The notes: a model not told the origin generated them from the letters alone. A stretch of 63,528 bases of DNA, filler included, from Folioceros fuciformis (GCA_049999805.1; 8 parts of 8 records of this genome joined end to end with filler, not necessarily neighbours in it); one strand, 5' to 3'. Counted from the first letter of the whole stretch, positions 24,391 through 38,254 are shown. Program-made: numbers and translations.

Positions 24391-26623
24391 TGTTGATAAT
24401 ATCTCGCCAATTAAATGCGCATATATAGTGGCATATAGGGGTAATTAGAATAAATTATTATTAAATATATAGTGGCATATAGGGGTACTTAGAATAAATA
24501 ATTATTAANNNNNNNNNNTAAATATATAGTGGCATATAGGGGTACTTAGAATAAATAATTATTAAGTACCCATTCGTTAGGGTTGCGACTTATAGCGAAC
24601 AATTATGTCGTTTAAGTTAGAACTATAGTGTCTTTTCAACATATGTCTTAAGCCCTTCTTGATACACAATGTAATCTAACATTATTATTCTTGATAATAG
24701 ACAAGCTTATTTGTTATGGTATCAGAGTAGGGTGTAAAGAATGCATCCTAGTAAATGCATAAACATATGCATTGATTTATAGAATTATATGTTTTCTTGA
24801 TTCTAAATATCAAGAAAATAAAAAATGAAAGTCAAGAAGCATTTGTTGCTCTAAACATTCTATAAAAATTCAAAAGAGGATGAAACCTAGCAAATTAAGG
24901 TAGCAGTCCCAGTCCCAGTGTACTTTTGCCAGATCAAGAAGCAATCTCATGGAAATATAGGACAACTGCCTGATTTGTAGGCAGTCTCCAAAACTATTTA
25001 AAACAATAGAATGCAATTATCATTTTCTAATACATTCTGTCAAAATATTAACTAGCCAAATGAATCAAGCCAAATATTCTGCCAATATTTGATAGCAATC
25101 GAATCAATTGAATCGAATCAAATATTCAATTGAATCAATTCAATTGAATATTTGAATTAATTGAAATAATTCGATTCAATTATTCAATTTCTGTCAAAAT
25201 ATTAACTAGCCAATCGAATCAAGCCAAATCAGTGGCTATCGCAATCTAGAGCTCGATTCCCGCAGTGGCCGAATTATCGTACGATACGCATGTCTAAAGG
25301 CAAGCAAGCCGGATCAACAATTCCACAGTACCTTCATCAGAAGATCAATGATTGGATAGCTGTCAATGAAGGCCAATCGATCCTGGCTATTGAGTTAAGG
25401 AAGTCCTTCAATACATTGATTGTTGTTCTTTACCCTAATGAGCGACATTTGGCTATTACTTCTTTGCCCGAAATTCATGCTCACTGTGCCTTCGATTTGA
25501 GAACAAATCTCAAAAGCCCTCTTACTGCACATGTTAAACAACACAATGCTGTAAGTAATCTGGCCACGAGAATTGAAGCCCATCAAAAAAGCATGATGTA
25601 ACAACACTGACCAGAGAATTGCCATTGTTGGATCTGATATTCTGAATTTGAAACGACATATTTCTGATATTGATTCTAAATTGCTAGTTCTGTTGAAATC
25701 TAAACTAGTTCATCAACTAGTACTTCACAATACTAAATTCTGGTCTTCTAGCAAATTGGATATTCCCTGTAGAATCAATAGTTTCAAATCTTCCTTACCT
25801 TCTCCTGCTCATTCGAAGAACAGGAGGACAAACAGGAAAAATAGAAGATTCCAACAAGCCATAATGTTCCATGAACATTACTGCCCTATCCCTGCAACTT
25901 TTGTCAACGCACTCTAGTTGTAGCCCATTTAGTTGTAATCCTGTCACCAGCTCACTTTCCCTAAAAGCACCTTACAGTGACTAACCTGCAATAGGATAGT
26001 TCACAGGCACATACCTTTGCAGGTATTCTTCATCTAGCCTCTAAGTGTGAATTCATACTCAAACATGGGTGAGTCTTCATTCAACGTAGGAGGAGATGGT
26101 TTTAGGGAAAAGGACAAGTTTGGTGGACAGGACTATCACATCTGGGTTATGAGGATGCGGGGCATTCTTCATAGTAAGAGACTATGGAAGATAACTATTG
26201 ACGAGGAAAAGGATGATGGGACTGACATGGCATCTCAGGAGGCTTGGGCAATCAAGAATGAGCATGCAATGTACATCATTAGAAGTGGTCTTACTTCTGA
26301 TATGATGCGACAGACCTCTGGATGTGCAACTGCTGCTGAAGTCTGGACTCGCTTGCAAAACCTGTATTCAAGTAACAACACAACTAGTCAAATGACTGCT
26401 TTACGAAATCTACAGAACTGTAAAATGAAAGATGGTGACTCTGTGGAGAAGCACGTTGGGACCTTTAGGAACCTAGTTTCAAAACTTAAGAGTGCTTCAA
26501 ACGAGAGCGTAAAAGATGACATGCTAGCCCTATACTTGATGCTTTCCTTGCCTCCATCATGGTCACACTTTGTGACCTCATTAAATGCTTCAAAGCTCAC
26601 AGCTATGAAGTTGGCAAAGGCTT
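24391..26623 (+). mobile_element. Ty1/copia element D, 5' part: AT-rich LTR (approximate start), PBS, upstream ORF, gag from ATG 26065
   Basis: PBS TGGTATCAGAG at 24717-24727. Gag has EKDKFGGQDYHIW, TAAEVWTRL and LMLSLPPSWSHF. Confidence 0.8.
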
Positions 26624-27277
26624 NNNNNNNNNNNNNNNNNNNNNNNNNNNNNNNNNNNNNNNNNNNNTTAATTAATTAANNNNNNNNNNNNNNNNNNNNN
26701 NNNNNNNNNNNNNNNNNNNNNNNGCGGCAGTGATGCTAACATAACCCGATCACCCGATCAGATGCCAGATGTTTTCCACGTGCAGGGATGGAGATCGCAG
26801 CACCAAAGCGCGCCATACCCTGATCCAGATTTCCAGCAAACCTATTGCCGCGATGCAGTTTTCTGGTTTGGCAGGGTACACGGATTGCGGCGTTTCGTGG
26901 CCCGGTGTGAAGTTCTTGGCAGGAGCGTCATAGATGTTTGAGATCGATTGCAAATTCTGAGGCGCTCACGGTCTGAGGATTCAGGACATTATAACGCTGA
27001 TTTGGAGCCGCGCAGGGGAGCAGATGGCAGCCCCATCGCGGCGCTGTCGGCACCACTGCGGCCATGACCAGTTTTGATTTTCACCACTTCGGAGTGTTTA
27101 CAACCAGGTTTTGTAGCCGGGCGGTGGATGGATGCGCCTCGCGGCCGGTGTCACATGCTGGGCAGGAGTGCCTTCGATTTTCGTGCTTCATCACGATTGC
27201 TTGGAGCCATGGCCTGCGGCGTGTGAAAGACACAGCAAGTTGTCAATGTTGCTATAATTGATGATGCTGAGACGCGG

Positions 27278-27712
27278 ATGAAGATGCCTAAGCGCAGGAC
27301 ATCTTCTTGTGCGCAGTGGAGGAGAGTTCACCCTCAAGCCTCACCACCATCACCGCCACCCAGATCAGATCGTGGCTTCTTTTGTTTAGATTGCAAGTTG
27401 AAGGCGTCTTGTGAAAGAACCTTTCAACAACATTTTATGAGCAGCCAACCACAACGTTTTATTAGACGTATTTCCAATCGAGGCCCTGTTCATCATTCAC
27501 CTTCATTATTTTCTCGTAGTTTTCTACAACGACAACTTGAAGCTGATTTGAGGGAAGCATCTCATCAGATCCATAATTTACAAGATTTTCTCTCTATTCT
27601 TCTAACTGGAATTCAACAATTATTTTTGCTGTCTACTCCAACTGAAGAGGAGAAGCGTGTGCATGAGGCTAGGTTATTTTCACCGGGACGCCCACGTGCG
27701 CCCCGCTCTTAA
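27278..27712 (+). CDS. Extra ORF (144 aa) just upstream of gag in copia element E: CxxC-x12-H finger-like motif plus coiled coil
   Basis: Intact ATG-TAA ORF ending 16 nt before the gag ATG. FFCLDCKLKASCERTFQQHF; LQRQLEADLREASHQIHNLQDFL. Confidence 0.5.
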   Translation: MKMPKRRTSSCAQWRRVHPQASPPSPPPRSDRGFFCLDCKLKASCERTFQQHFMSSQPQRFIRRISNRGPVHHSPSLFSRSFLQRQLEADLREASHQIHNLQDFLSILLTGIQQLFLLSTPTEEEKRVHEARLFSPGRPRAPRS

Positions 27713-27728
27713 TATTTGAATATTGGAC

Positions 27729-30700
27729 ATGCAGCCAGGTTCGCCCTCATCAGCGTCTGGCGAATTTAATGAAGGCAAAGATGTGGACCTTGGTAGATTG
27801 GAGTTGCAAGAGGAACCTACTTCACCTGTTGTCAATCCCACAACTGGTATTGATGAACAACAAGGCACATCTCCCTCTTTTGACTATTTGAGAAATTTTT
27901 GGGGCAATCCCACACAGCCTAGGCCAGGCTTAGGTAGTGTTCCTTCTCCTACAGCAGGCAACCCTGCTGGTTCCGCAAGCACCCTTGCAGGTACAGCAGG
28001 CAACCCTGCTGCTGGAGTTGGAGTTTCTACTGGTCAAGCTGCAAATTTTGCACAAGCTATGGCGATCACTCCAGGTTCCTTGAAGATTGAATTCAAGGAT
28101 AGGGATCGCTTTAATGGTAATGATTACCACATCTGGGCGATGAGGCTGACCCAGATTTTGGAGGAGCATGAGCTCATGTCCGTTGTGGACGGGACAGAAC
28201 CAAAACCAGCAACACATGCCAACAATGCAAATGCTGCTGATATTCTTGCATGGCAAAGGAAGGACAGGCGAGCCCGATCCATCCTTTTGGCATCCCTTGA
28301 CAGGAACATGATGCCGCACACTATGGATGCTGACACTTCAGCAGCAGTTTGGAACAACTTCAAACTCATCTATAGAGATAAGAGTTCTGTTTCCCTTGTT
28401 TTAGCGCATCGGGATTTTTTCAATATTCGCATGAAGGATAATGAGACTGTTGAGTCTTATATCAATAAATTTCGCACAGCTCGTGCGACTCTTGCATATT
28501 GCGGGACTACCTTCACTGAGTTTCAAGCTGCTGTTTCCTTTCTAGCATCCCTGCCTGATAGTTATTCTCAGTTTATCAGTTCTCAGAATGCAACTCTTCA
28601 AGCAGCTGGACCTGGCGCCAATGTGACGTTGGAGCAGATATTTGGAGCTTTGATTGCTGAAGAACGCCGTAGGAGCCTTCACAAGTCCAAGCCTACTATG
28701 CAACAAGGTAGCAGAGTTTTGTTTGCTTCTAGAGGACGCGGAGGCAATCGTGGCAGAGGACGTGGGGGCTCAGTACGAGGAGGAGTGTCAACCTCTCGAC
28801 AGCCCAACCTTCAACGGCATACTTTTACTTGCAATTGGTGCAAGATACCAGGTCATTTTGAGAAGGACTGTAGGAAGAAAAGGGCTGGTGAGCCCCGGAA
28901 GGAAAGTTCAAGTTCCTTTCCAGCTTCTAATGTAGCCACGTCCAAAGGTCTGCCCAAACCACCCGCCATCTTAGCAGTTTGCTTATCTTCTATCCAGATC
29001 CAGAATGACATGTGGTTCCTCGACTCTGGGGCAACTAGCCACATTTGTTTTGATAGGAATGCTTTCACTGCTTTTGATGCTAACCCAGCTCATCACCAGT
29101 TTGTTCTTTTGGGTGATGACAGTGGTTTATCCATTAAGGGTATAGGATCAGTAAAGATACAGCTTCNNNNNNNNNNNNNNNNNNNNNNNNNNNNNNNNNN
29201 NNNNNNNNNNNNNNNNNNNNNNNNNNNNNNNNNNNNNNNNNNNNNNNNNNNNNNNNNNNNNNNNNNGAGGAGCACTCTTGTAGAGTTTGTTTTGACAATA
29301 CAGGTTGTTCAGTTATTGGCAACAACATTGGAACTGACCTTTTCACAGGGACACCTTTCCATGATTTGTATCTTTTGAATGTGAGAACCTTGTATAGTCC
29401 ACATGCTACTGCTAACGTTACCCAAGCTTCTGGTCTCTCTCCTACTCAACTTTGGCATTGCCGATTAGGGCATGTGAATTTTAATAGGCTTTTCACTTTA
29501 GTCAATAACTCCGTTTTTAGAGATCCTTTGTCTTTCTCTTTTGATAATAGAGCCTTTTGTGACTCCTGTCAATTGAGCAAGGCAATTTCACAACCTTTCA
29601 AAGACCAAAACTTGTCAAGAGCACCTTGTCTTCTTCACACTGTCCATAGTGACATATGTGGCCCCATGTCGACCATGTCCTTTGGTGGAGCATCTTATTT
29701 CATCACTTTCATTGATGAATGGAGCCGCTATTCTACAGTTTTTGTTCTTGCCCATAAGAGTGAAGCCCTATCATGTTTTCAAACGTATTTAGCTTCTGCT
29801 CAGCGTCAGACAGGTCATCAGCTAAAGATTCTCAGGACTGACAATGGAGGCGAGTATACAAGTAATGCCTTCACCGAATTTTGTGCTGGAGAGGGAGTTC
29901 TTCATCAATTTACAGTTCCTTATACTCCAGCTCAGAATGCATTCGCCGAACGCAAGAACAGGACCCTTCAAGAGGCTACTCTTTCCAGCTTAGCATTTGC
30001 AGGCCTCACTAGGGGATATTGGGCTGAAGCCCTTATGGCAGCTAATTATGTGCAGAACAGGTTGCCTACGAAGGAGCTTGGTTTGGTTACCCCTTATGAG
30101 CGCTGGACTGGGAAGAAGCCTAGGATCACCCATCTACGCATTTTTGGAGCACCAGCATATGCCTTGATCCCTTCTGCACTTCGGAGTAAGCTTGATCCTA
30201 AAGCTGTTCGCCGCATTTTCATTGGCTATTCGGACGAGGTAAAAGGATATAAGCTTTTTGATCCAAGTACTCGGCAAGTTTCCATTTCTCGGAGTGTTGT
30301 TTTTCATGAGAATGCTCTTCTCCGACGTCATGATGCTGCTTTGGATCCTACTTCTTTTGATGCTACTGTTTCTATTAATGGCGTGGATGATTTGGCTGAT
30401 TACAATACTGATGCTGATGTTGATGTTTCTATTTTTGATATTGATGATGTTTCGGATTCACCTTCCTCGGCTTCAGGGGGGGCTACAACATCTAGTTCAC
30501 ATGCACAAGCTCATCTTCCTAGTACTTTTCCAGCACCTGTTTCTTCTCAAATAGATGAGTCTTTTGCAGTTCCCTCCTTTCATGAACCCGTGGAAGCTGA
30601 TCCTGTTGTTGTTCTTGATACTGATCCTGAGCCCACACCTGATCCAGTTGAGCCTACACCTGAATCAGTTTTGCGTAGATCTACCCGCCATAGACCACCT

Positions 30701-32356
30701 CGTAGTGAATGGTCTGAACCACCTTTTGTAGCTGGTCTCGTTTCAGATCAGAATTTTGATACTTTTGAACCCGCTACTTATCAAGAAGCAATTACAAGCC
30801 CTGAGGCTGAGCAATGGAAAAAGGCCATTAAGTCAGAATACGATTCTCTCATAGCAAACCAAACTTGGAAGTTAGTGGATTTGCCTAAAGGTCGTAAGCC
30901 AATTGCTTGTAAATGGGTATTTAAGAAAAAGCTTAATACTGATGGCAGCATAGGTCGCTATAAAGCAAGGCTAGTTGCGAAAGGATACAGCCAGGTAGCA
31001 GGACTTGATTACAATGAGACTTTTTCTCCAGTTGTAAAGTCTACTTCAATAAGGATTTTGCTGGCTTTATCTGCTCATTATGGCCTCTTAGTTCATCAGC
31101 TAGATGTTAAAACAGCTTTTCTTAATGGTTCTTTGCAAGAAGAAATTTATATGTGCCAGCCCGAAGGCTTTGAAGTTGATGTGGACAAAGTTTGCTTGTT
31201 GCTGAAGACATTGTATGGCCTCAAGCAGTCTAGCAGAGCATGGAATGAAACCTTTCATGTTTTATTAGTAGAGTTGGGTTTCACTTGTTTGGATGCAGAT
31301 AATAGTGTATTTATTATGTGGGAAGGAGACAACTTTCTTATCCTAACCGTTTATGTTGATGATAATTTCTTGTTTTGTACATCAGCACAATTAATGGCTA
31401 GGATTAAGGGTGTTCTTCTTTCCCGCTTTGAGATGACTGATTTGGGCCAGCTTACTTTCTCGCTTGGTGTGCAATTCCATTTTTCAGAAGACAGGCACAC
31501 CATAGAGATTCATCAGGAGCATTTTGTTCGCCAGCTTTTGCAGCGGTTTAACATGGCTGATGCTCGCCCCGTTTCTACCCCTATTTCAACAGGTGAAAAA
31601 CTCTCTAAGGAGCAATGCCCATCATCACAAGCAGAGAAGGATTTGATGGCAACACGTCCTTATAGACAAGCAGTGGGTAGTTTGCTTTATCTTGCTGCTT
31701 GGACACGCTTGGATATTTCTAGGGCTGTTAATAGTGTATCCCAATTCTTAGAGAACCCAGGGGAAGCCCATTGGACGGCAGTTAAAAGGATTTTTAGGTA
31801 CCTCAAGGGAACTTCTAGTTTAGGACTTACCTATACTAAGCAGCCTAATGGTTTGGTGCTCACTTCATACTGCGATGCCGACTGGGCTGGCGATCCAGAT
31901 GGTAGAAGAAGTGTAGCAGCATACTGCAATCTACTAGGTGGGTCAGCCATCTCATGGTCTAGTAAGAAGCTGTCTACCATTTGCCTTTCATCTACTGAAG
32001 CAGAGTATGGAGCTTTGTCTCAAGCTGCTAGAGAGGTAATATGGATACGCTCTTTTTTGAGAGGAATTCAACAGTTACCAGCAGGGGCTACAACTATGTG
32101 GTGCGATAATCAATCAGCAATTGCACTTTCTAAGAATCCGGTATTTCATGCGAGGTCAAAGCATATTGAAATAACGCATCATTTTATTAGACAAGCTGCT
32201 GATACAGGCGAGGTTGAGGTTCACTATATTCCAACAGGTGACAATATAGCGGATCTTTTGACCAAGCCACTCCCAAAAGTTTCTCATGGCAAGCACTCCG
32301 CAGCAGCAGGTCTCAAGTCCATTACTGTAGTGACCAAAGTTGGTACTGCACACTAA
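27729..32356 (+). CDS. Copia element E gag-pol polyprotein, apparently intact
   Basis: DRFNGNDYHIW, CNWCKIPGHFEKDC knuckle, WFLDSGATSH, WHCRLGH, RTDNGGEY, YVDD, ADLLTK. The only frame change lies across or just after the 100-N gap (29167-29266). Confidence 0.92.
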
Positions 32357-32548
32357 AGTTACATGTTGATTAGCGCAGTGGATGAAGCTGCAATGTTTTG
32401 TGTTAATCGTGCGCTTTTCAGCAAGAACATCACCCTCTTTTGGAGTTTAAGAGGGAGCTAGTAGTATATTTGAGATTTAGTGTTATGTTTTCACTAGTCT
32501 AGTTTGCATATTTTATCCTTTATTCTGATTATTTCAACTAAGAGGGAG

Positions 32549-32665
32549 TAAAGGAAATTATGTTAGTTTAGGTTAGTAGTTTCATAATCAGTTAAAACTA
32601 CTCTTTTAAAATACTCATATATACTCTTTTATTTTATTTTTTTGATATAACGATAACTACCTTTG
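32549..32665 (+). repeat. Probable short 3' LTR of element E, after PPT AAGAGGGAG (32540-32548)
   Basis: Imperfect terminal inverted repeat TAAAGGAAATTAT / ATAACTACCTTTG. Composition changes sharply after 32665. Confidence 0.5.
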
Positions 32666-32875
32666 CCCTTCGTGCCTCGTGCGCTCTCGCTCCCGTGCTC
32701 TCTCTCCCACAATCCACACAATGCGAAAGTATGTACCCGCAGTGGGAAGAGAAGAGGAAGGTAGCAGGCTGCTAANNNNNNNNNNNNNNNNNNNNNNNNN
32801 NNNNNNNNNNNNNNNNNNNTTAATTAATTAANNNNNNNNNNNNNNNNNNNNNNNNNNNNNNNNNNNNNNNNNNNN

Positions 32876-33637
32876 ATGTTTTGGTAGTGAAGATGCATCT
32901 GTAGTGGGATATACGGATGCTGATTATGCAGGGGATATGGACAAAAGGAGGTCCACATCAGGTTATGTCTTCATGTGCACTGGAGGGGCAGTCTCATGGC
33001 AATCTCGTTTGCAATCGTGCATAACGCTATCTACCATAGAGGCCGAGTATGTTGCAGCGACTGAGGCTTGCAAGGAAGCCATGTGGCTTGCTCGTTTAGT
33101 GGGAGATTTGGGGATCAAGGGTGAGCTGCCAGTGTTGCATTGTGATAGCCAGAGTGCTATCCAGTTGGCGAAGAATCCAGTGTTTCATGCGAAGACCAAA
33201 CATGTGGAAGTGAAGTATCACTTCATTCGAGAGGTGTTGGAAGACAAGAGAGTACAGCTTGTCAAAGTTCACACCAGTCAGAACCCTGCAGATGTTCTTA
33301 CCAAGGGGCTCTCTACGGAGCAATTCGCACAAGCTCGGACACTCATGGGCATGAGCTAGACCACTCTCTTATGAAGGTAAATTGGCCTTTAAGTGGGAGG
33401 TTGTAGGGTTATTAAAGCCCAATGTGCTTAGGCTAATGTGTTTAGTCTAAGATTAGTGTCTAGTTAATGTGCTTAGACTAATGTGTTGTTTATTCTAAGA
33501 TTAGTGTCTAGTTAAGTATCATTAGTTTAGATTAGCTTAAGCTAATATGTAGGAAGCTTCTTGCGCAGCTTCCTGTGAGCTTCTTGTGAAGCTTCCTAGG
33601 GAGCTCTTCTAGAGGGTATAAATACCCCCTTGAGCTC
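32876..33637 (+). mobile_element. Copia element F 3' end: RNase H (stop 33359), PPT 33391-33400, LTR from 33402
   Basis: GYTDADYAGDMDKRRSTSGY, CDSQSAI and NPADVLTK; AAGTGGGAGG then TGTAGGG. Right end of the LTR not determined. Confidence 0.9.
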
Positions 33638-36012
33638 CCTTGCCAACTACTCTCAATGAGACCTCTTTTTCTCCTCTCCTCTTTGCCTCCTCTTCTCCTC
33701 TCCTCCACCATGCTCCTCTAGTGATACTACACACTTGGTACAAAGACTTAAGCATATTTAACCTTTGTGAGACTTTACTTCAAGTTTTAATATAATGCAT
33801 GTCGTCTTAGGTGCCGACAAGCATTTCATGTGCTAGAGTTTGTAGACTTTGCTGAAAGCTATGTAGACATAACTTTAGATACTTAGCATTTATGAGAATT
33901 CGCTTCATGCCTTAGCATATAGAGTGACCTAGTCACCAGCAAGGTGGACATAGAAAAAGGCTTAGGACACTTAGCCTTCATGACACTTCACTTTTGAGTC
34001 TTAGCTTAGAGGCTGACTTAGTCACCAACTCTCTTCCAATGGATGCTTGTAGTAATATATACCATATTTATGGTCAACAAAGGAATGTATTATGATTCTA
34101 CTATTGAAAGGTGCCTATTGCTCCCACATCTAAGCCCCTTTAGGCAACACCCCGTAGTTCTTCGCTAACCTTTTCCTCATCTAGCGAAAATAAGTATCTA
34201 TTGTCAACATGGTCATGACGAACCTCACACTATAAGAATGTTGTCCTCAACTTCTAAGGATGGGTGATAGAAGGGAGTGCATCAGCCAAGATTCACAAGT
34301 ACACCCTTCTATAAGCCAGACATATCTTTATCCCTTACATCCCTCTACAAATTGGACACATCTTTATTCCCTTGCCATTGAAACCCACAAAGCCATGCAT
34401 AAGGTGTCTTGCGTCAAGGTAGTTCAGAGGAAAAATGGGCTTGGCTCTCTTTTTTTTACACTCAAGTGTTCTTTGGGCAAACGATTATCATTGTACTTCC
34501 GTGGGCATAGGCTAATGCCATATATAGGATGACAATATTGGTAAGAGGCGTATCAGCTGCTAGAGGTATACTATAGTGTTCTTTTAGCAAATAGTTACCA
34601 TTGCACTACAGTCAATGTTGACGGATGATATGTATCCATGATATGTATAAGATGATATTAGAAGAGGCAGCTGATATGGTGGCATAAGCCACTAGATGAT
34701 ATGGTGGCATCGGCCACTCTAGTGGCTTATGCTGGTTGATATCTTGGGTGTTGTTTGATGAGGTAGCATCAGTCACTCCATTGACTAATGCTACTTGATA
34801 TCTTGGGTGTTGTTTGCAGTTTTTAAGCTCATTAGCTTCAGGAGCTAGGACTAATGTTGCCTAATATCTTGGGTGTTGTTTATAGTTTTTAAGCTTAGTA
34901 GCTCAAGAGCTAGTGCCTACTCTAATGGTAGGTAGACCTTTCCTACTTCCAAATCATGTATGTTAGGCTGCTATTGGTAGTTTTTAAGCTTAGTGGATTT
35001 CAGCGCCAGCCCTTATCATCTTCGGTGGTTTATCAACTGAAGCTGGCCTCTTGGTGGACTGGTCATCTTTGGTGGTTTAGCAACACATTTAAGAAGATTG
35101 GGACGCTATATGGAACCCGTTTGAGAATGTGGGAAAGTATCCGAAGGGAGGGAGGGTGTCGGCCCACTAGGGGGCTACATCCTAGATCGAGAGATTGTGG
35201 TATCCTGCGAGGCGAGGCACTTTCTGCCTGATGGTGTCTCCACCAATGGCGTGTGGAGGGCCATCATGCGCTTATTGATAGAATAAGAGGCTCCAGCAAT
35301 GGTGTGTGGACGATCGTCACATGCTTATTGATAAAATGAGAAGCTCCAGCGATGGGGTGTGGATGATCATGTGCTTATTGATAGAAAAAGAAACCTATTT
35401 CATACTGAAAGTATATTCCAAAAACATCCCAATAACCGTTTAGGGAAAGCCCTATTTACCCCATGACAGACTCCAAACTCGAGAAACTGACACTTCCATA
35501 ACTAACTCCACACTTGAGCTTCATCTTGAGCTCTTCTCGGCCTGGTGGGTTGCAGGATATGATCTTTACATCAAACTACTTAGGTGTTGAAAAATCTCCA
35601 CTAGGAATCCAGAATGGTCTCTGGGACGATGACAACGGACCTAATTAAGGCATTAGTTCTCCTGGCAGAGTCATTCGATTTTTTACACCGATTCCGGAGA
35701 ACAACCTTTGTTGCCCCAGAACAAAATGATACAACACAAGCAGTCCCGATTGCACAACTCATCGAGCCTCAAGGATACCTGAATATGTCACCACCACGAC
35801 TCCAAAGGGTGGCCCAGTAGACCGGGTGCAGGGAATCTCTCTCGACTGGAAAATAATCAGGCTGCCCTACATGTGCGTGGGGGAATACCTGCTGGGTCTT
35901 GTTAGAGAGCGTTCGACTTGGAGATGGTGCATGTCGGAAGTGCCCAAGATTCCCTCTCCTTCGACAGCAGGACAATGCGAACCTCTGTGCTTTGATAACT
36001 CGTCGTCTCCCA

Positions 36013-38254
36013 TCAGAGGATGCTGATGAACACCATTAACCAGCCAGCCATGCTGATCATACAGAACACGTGTTCATAGAACAACAGAGATGAAATCTCC
36101 CGTTCTGCGTGGCCAATTAAGTTTGCAACAGAGCCTGCAAATGCAAGGCACACACCCATGTCAGAACCAAGTCCTCGATATCACCCCGTGGGAAGAACCA
36201 GACAAATGGAAACTTTGACTCACCTGCCACGATGGAACTAGGAGTGCTGTGTTGCAACAGAAGGACGAACTTGAGCATACGATCTGGAGGGAAGAAACCT
36301 AGATACTCGGCCCCTAAAACAATTCCAACGCCAATCACAGGCACCAGAAGTAGTCGGACAAGTACGACGACGACAGTGGTCCGCGTCCCAAGTTGGGACC
36401 TTACAACCCCTGCACCCATGCATTTGCCCCAAGTTAACTCTCCAAGTTTGTATTTGAAGGAACACCACTGAGGAACAGTCTCTGTGCTTCAGGCATGTGT
36501 CTCATAGCCTGGCTGACATGAAAGATGACATACCCGAAGCGAGATTTCCACCCAGCACCATCATGATACAAGGAATCATTGCCCCTCTGCAGAGCCAAGG
36601 TGAAAAACGCTATTAGATGTCAGACATTTGTGTCCAACTCGGCCTCCAGAACAGGGGAGTATGCTGACGATTGAGGATGAGGAGCCTCACCCTATGACAA
36701 CCATGGCATCATACACGAAGTACGCTGGTGAATGCTCCTCGTATATTTGCTTCTTGAGCCAAGGTATGCATCCGATGATAAGAGCGAGGAGCTGCAGCCC
36801 ACACCCAGCGTCAGTCTCCTGCGACAAGAACGACATATCCCCGACCTGAGCCAATCCAGAGAGAGTACCTACCGAGGCCACAACCGGTGGTTGAAAACTG
36901 AGCTCGAGCTGCTTAGTGTAAGGACGGAGTTTTTTCACGAACGGCCGCAAATAGTCCTCAACTTGGAGCCAACACTGGCAGAAGAAGGATCACACCACAA
37001 TGTTAGTACCGAAATCCGAGAGCTGTCTATAAATCTGGGATTCGCCAGTCAGGAGAGGATGTTGGACAGGGAAGAAGGAGGTGGGCTGCATGACAGACCA
37101 ACACCCGCACCTTTCGCGTCCATGAATGATGACTCTCCAGTAGGTCATATTGATCCCGTTCTTCGTCCGGGAAGTCAGGTAGGAGAGGCACATCTCCTGT
37201 TTCTACGACCCAGCTTCCAACTTCCACACTCTGGACAGGAGGTGGCTTCAACATATTGTAGCCCACTGTATACACGAGGATAGCTCCCACCTGCAAGGAC
37301 CCATCGCCGGCGTCACGGCAAACCGAATCAACGACAGCAGAGACAGTGCCTCCCCCCAAGTCATCATTCACAAGGGCAGGCAACGACGGATCCTAGCTCT
37401 CACTACGAAGCTACATACCCACTGCCCAAAAGCGATATAAGCAACTCCACTACTGTCACAAGTTTCTGTGCTGCCAAACGGATTCTTAGGATCACGACAG
37501 ATAGCCGCGACGATGACAAGAGGTATGTTCCCAATATTCCCTGCACGACCCGCCATGCAGAGTCAGATCCGCAAGCACTAACCTGGGAAACGACACAGCC
37601 ACAAGTCGAGACAGAAACAAGAACTTGTTTCTCACCCATGCCGACCATGACTGCTACCGATCCAATGAATTCCGGGGCAACTTTGCAAAACCGGGCCACC
37701 AAGTACCCTAGGCAGCAGTTGATACCTGTCGATAACAGTATGTTGATGGGAATAAACCACCTGCACNNNNNNNNNNNNNNNNNNNNNNNNNNNNNNNNNN
37801 NNNNNNNNNNNNNNNNNNNNNNNNNNNNNNNNNNNNNNNNNNNNNNNNNNNNNNNNNNNNNNNNNNAGCTCACCACTGCAACACATTTTCCCAGGTGACA
37901 GCATGTCCCAATTGGGTGAACAGCAGACAGGGCAGGAAAACCATAAAAACCAGCTGCATGCACAACAACCCACAAAACCAGCAGTGAGCAAAACCGGAAG
38001 AAATTCTCCTCCACCTCCGCCAAAAATCCAGACCAGCCCTGCATCCACCCGCCCACCTTAGTGAGCTGCTTCCTGGCGGCCGAGTCCAGAATGTTGCCGA
38101 AAGCCGGCAGCGCGATCAAGTACCCGAGCCCAGCCATGACGAAGATTTTCAAAATGGGCAACACCGCAAACGACAGCAACGACACAGCGTCCTCCGGACC
38201 CTCCCCTTCCGTGAGCCATCTCCGCACGCCAGCGAGCACCGGCTGCAGCGCCAT
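36013..38254 (-). CDS. PILS: PIN-LIKES auxin efflux carrier family protein (multi-exon)
   Basis: Exons encode AVLPILKIF, LVFMVFLPCLLFTQLG, WFIPINILL, GNIGNIPLVIVAAICRDPKNPFG, AFGQWVGAILVYT, LKFVLLLQHSTPSSI and AEREISSLLFYEH, with GT-AG boundaries. Confidence 0.92.

Noticed and set aside
29167-29378. Apparent gag/pol frameshift in element E
   Set aside because: The frame change coincides with a fixed 100-N gap of unknown true length.
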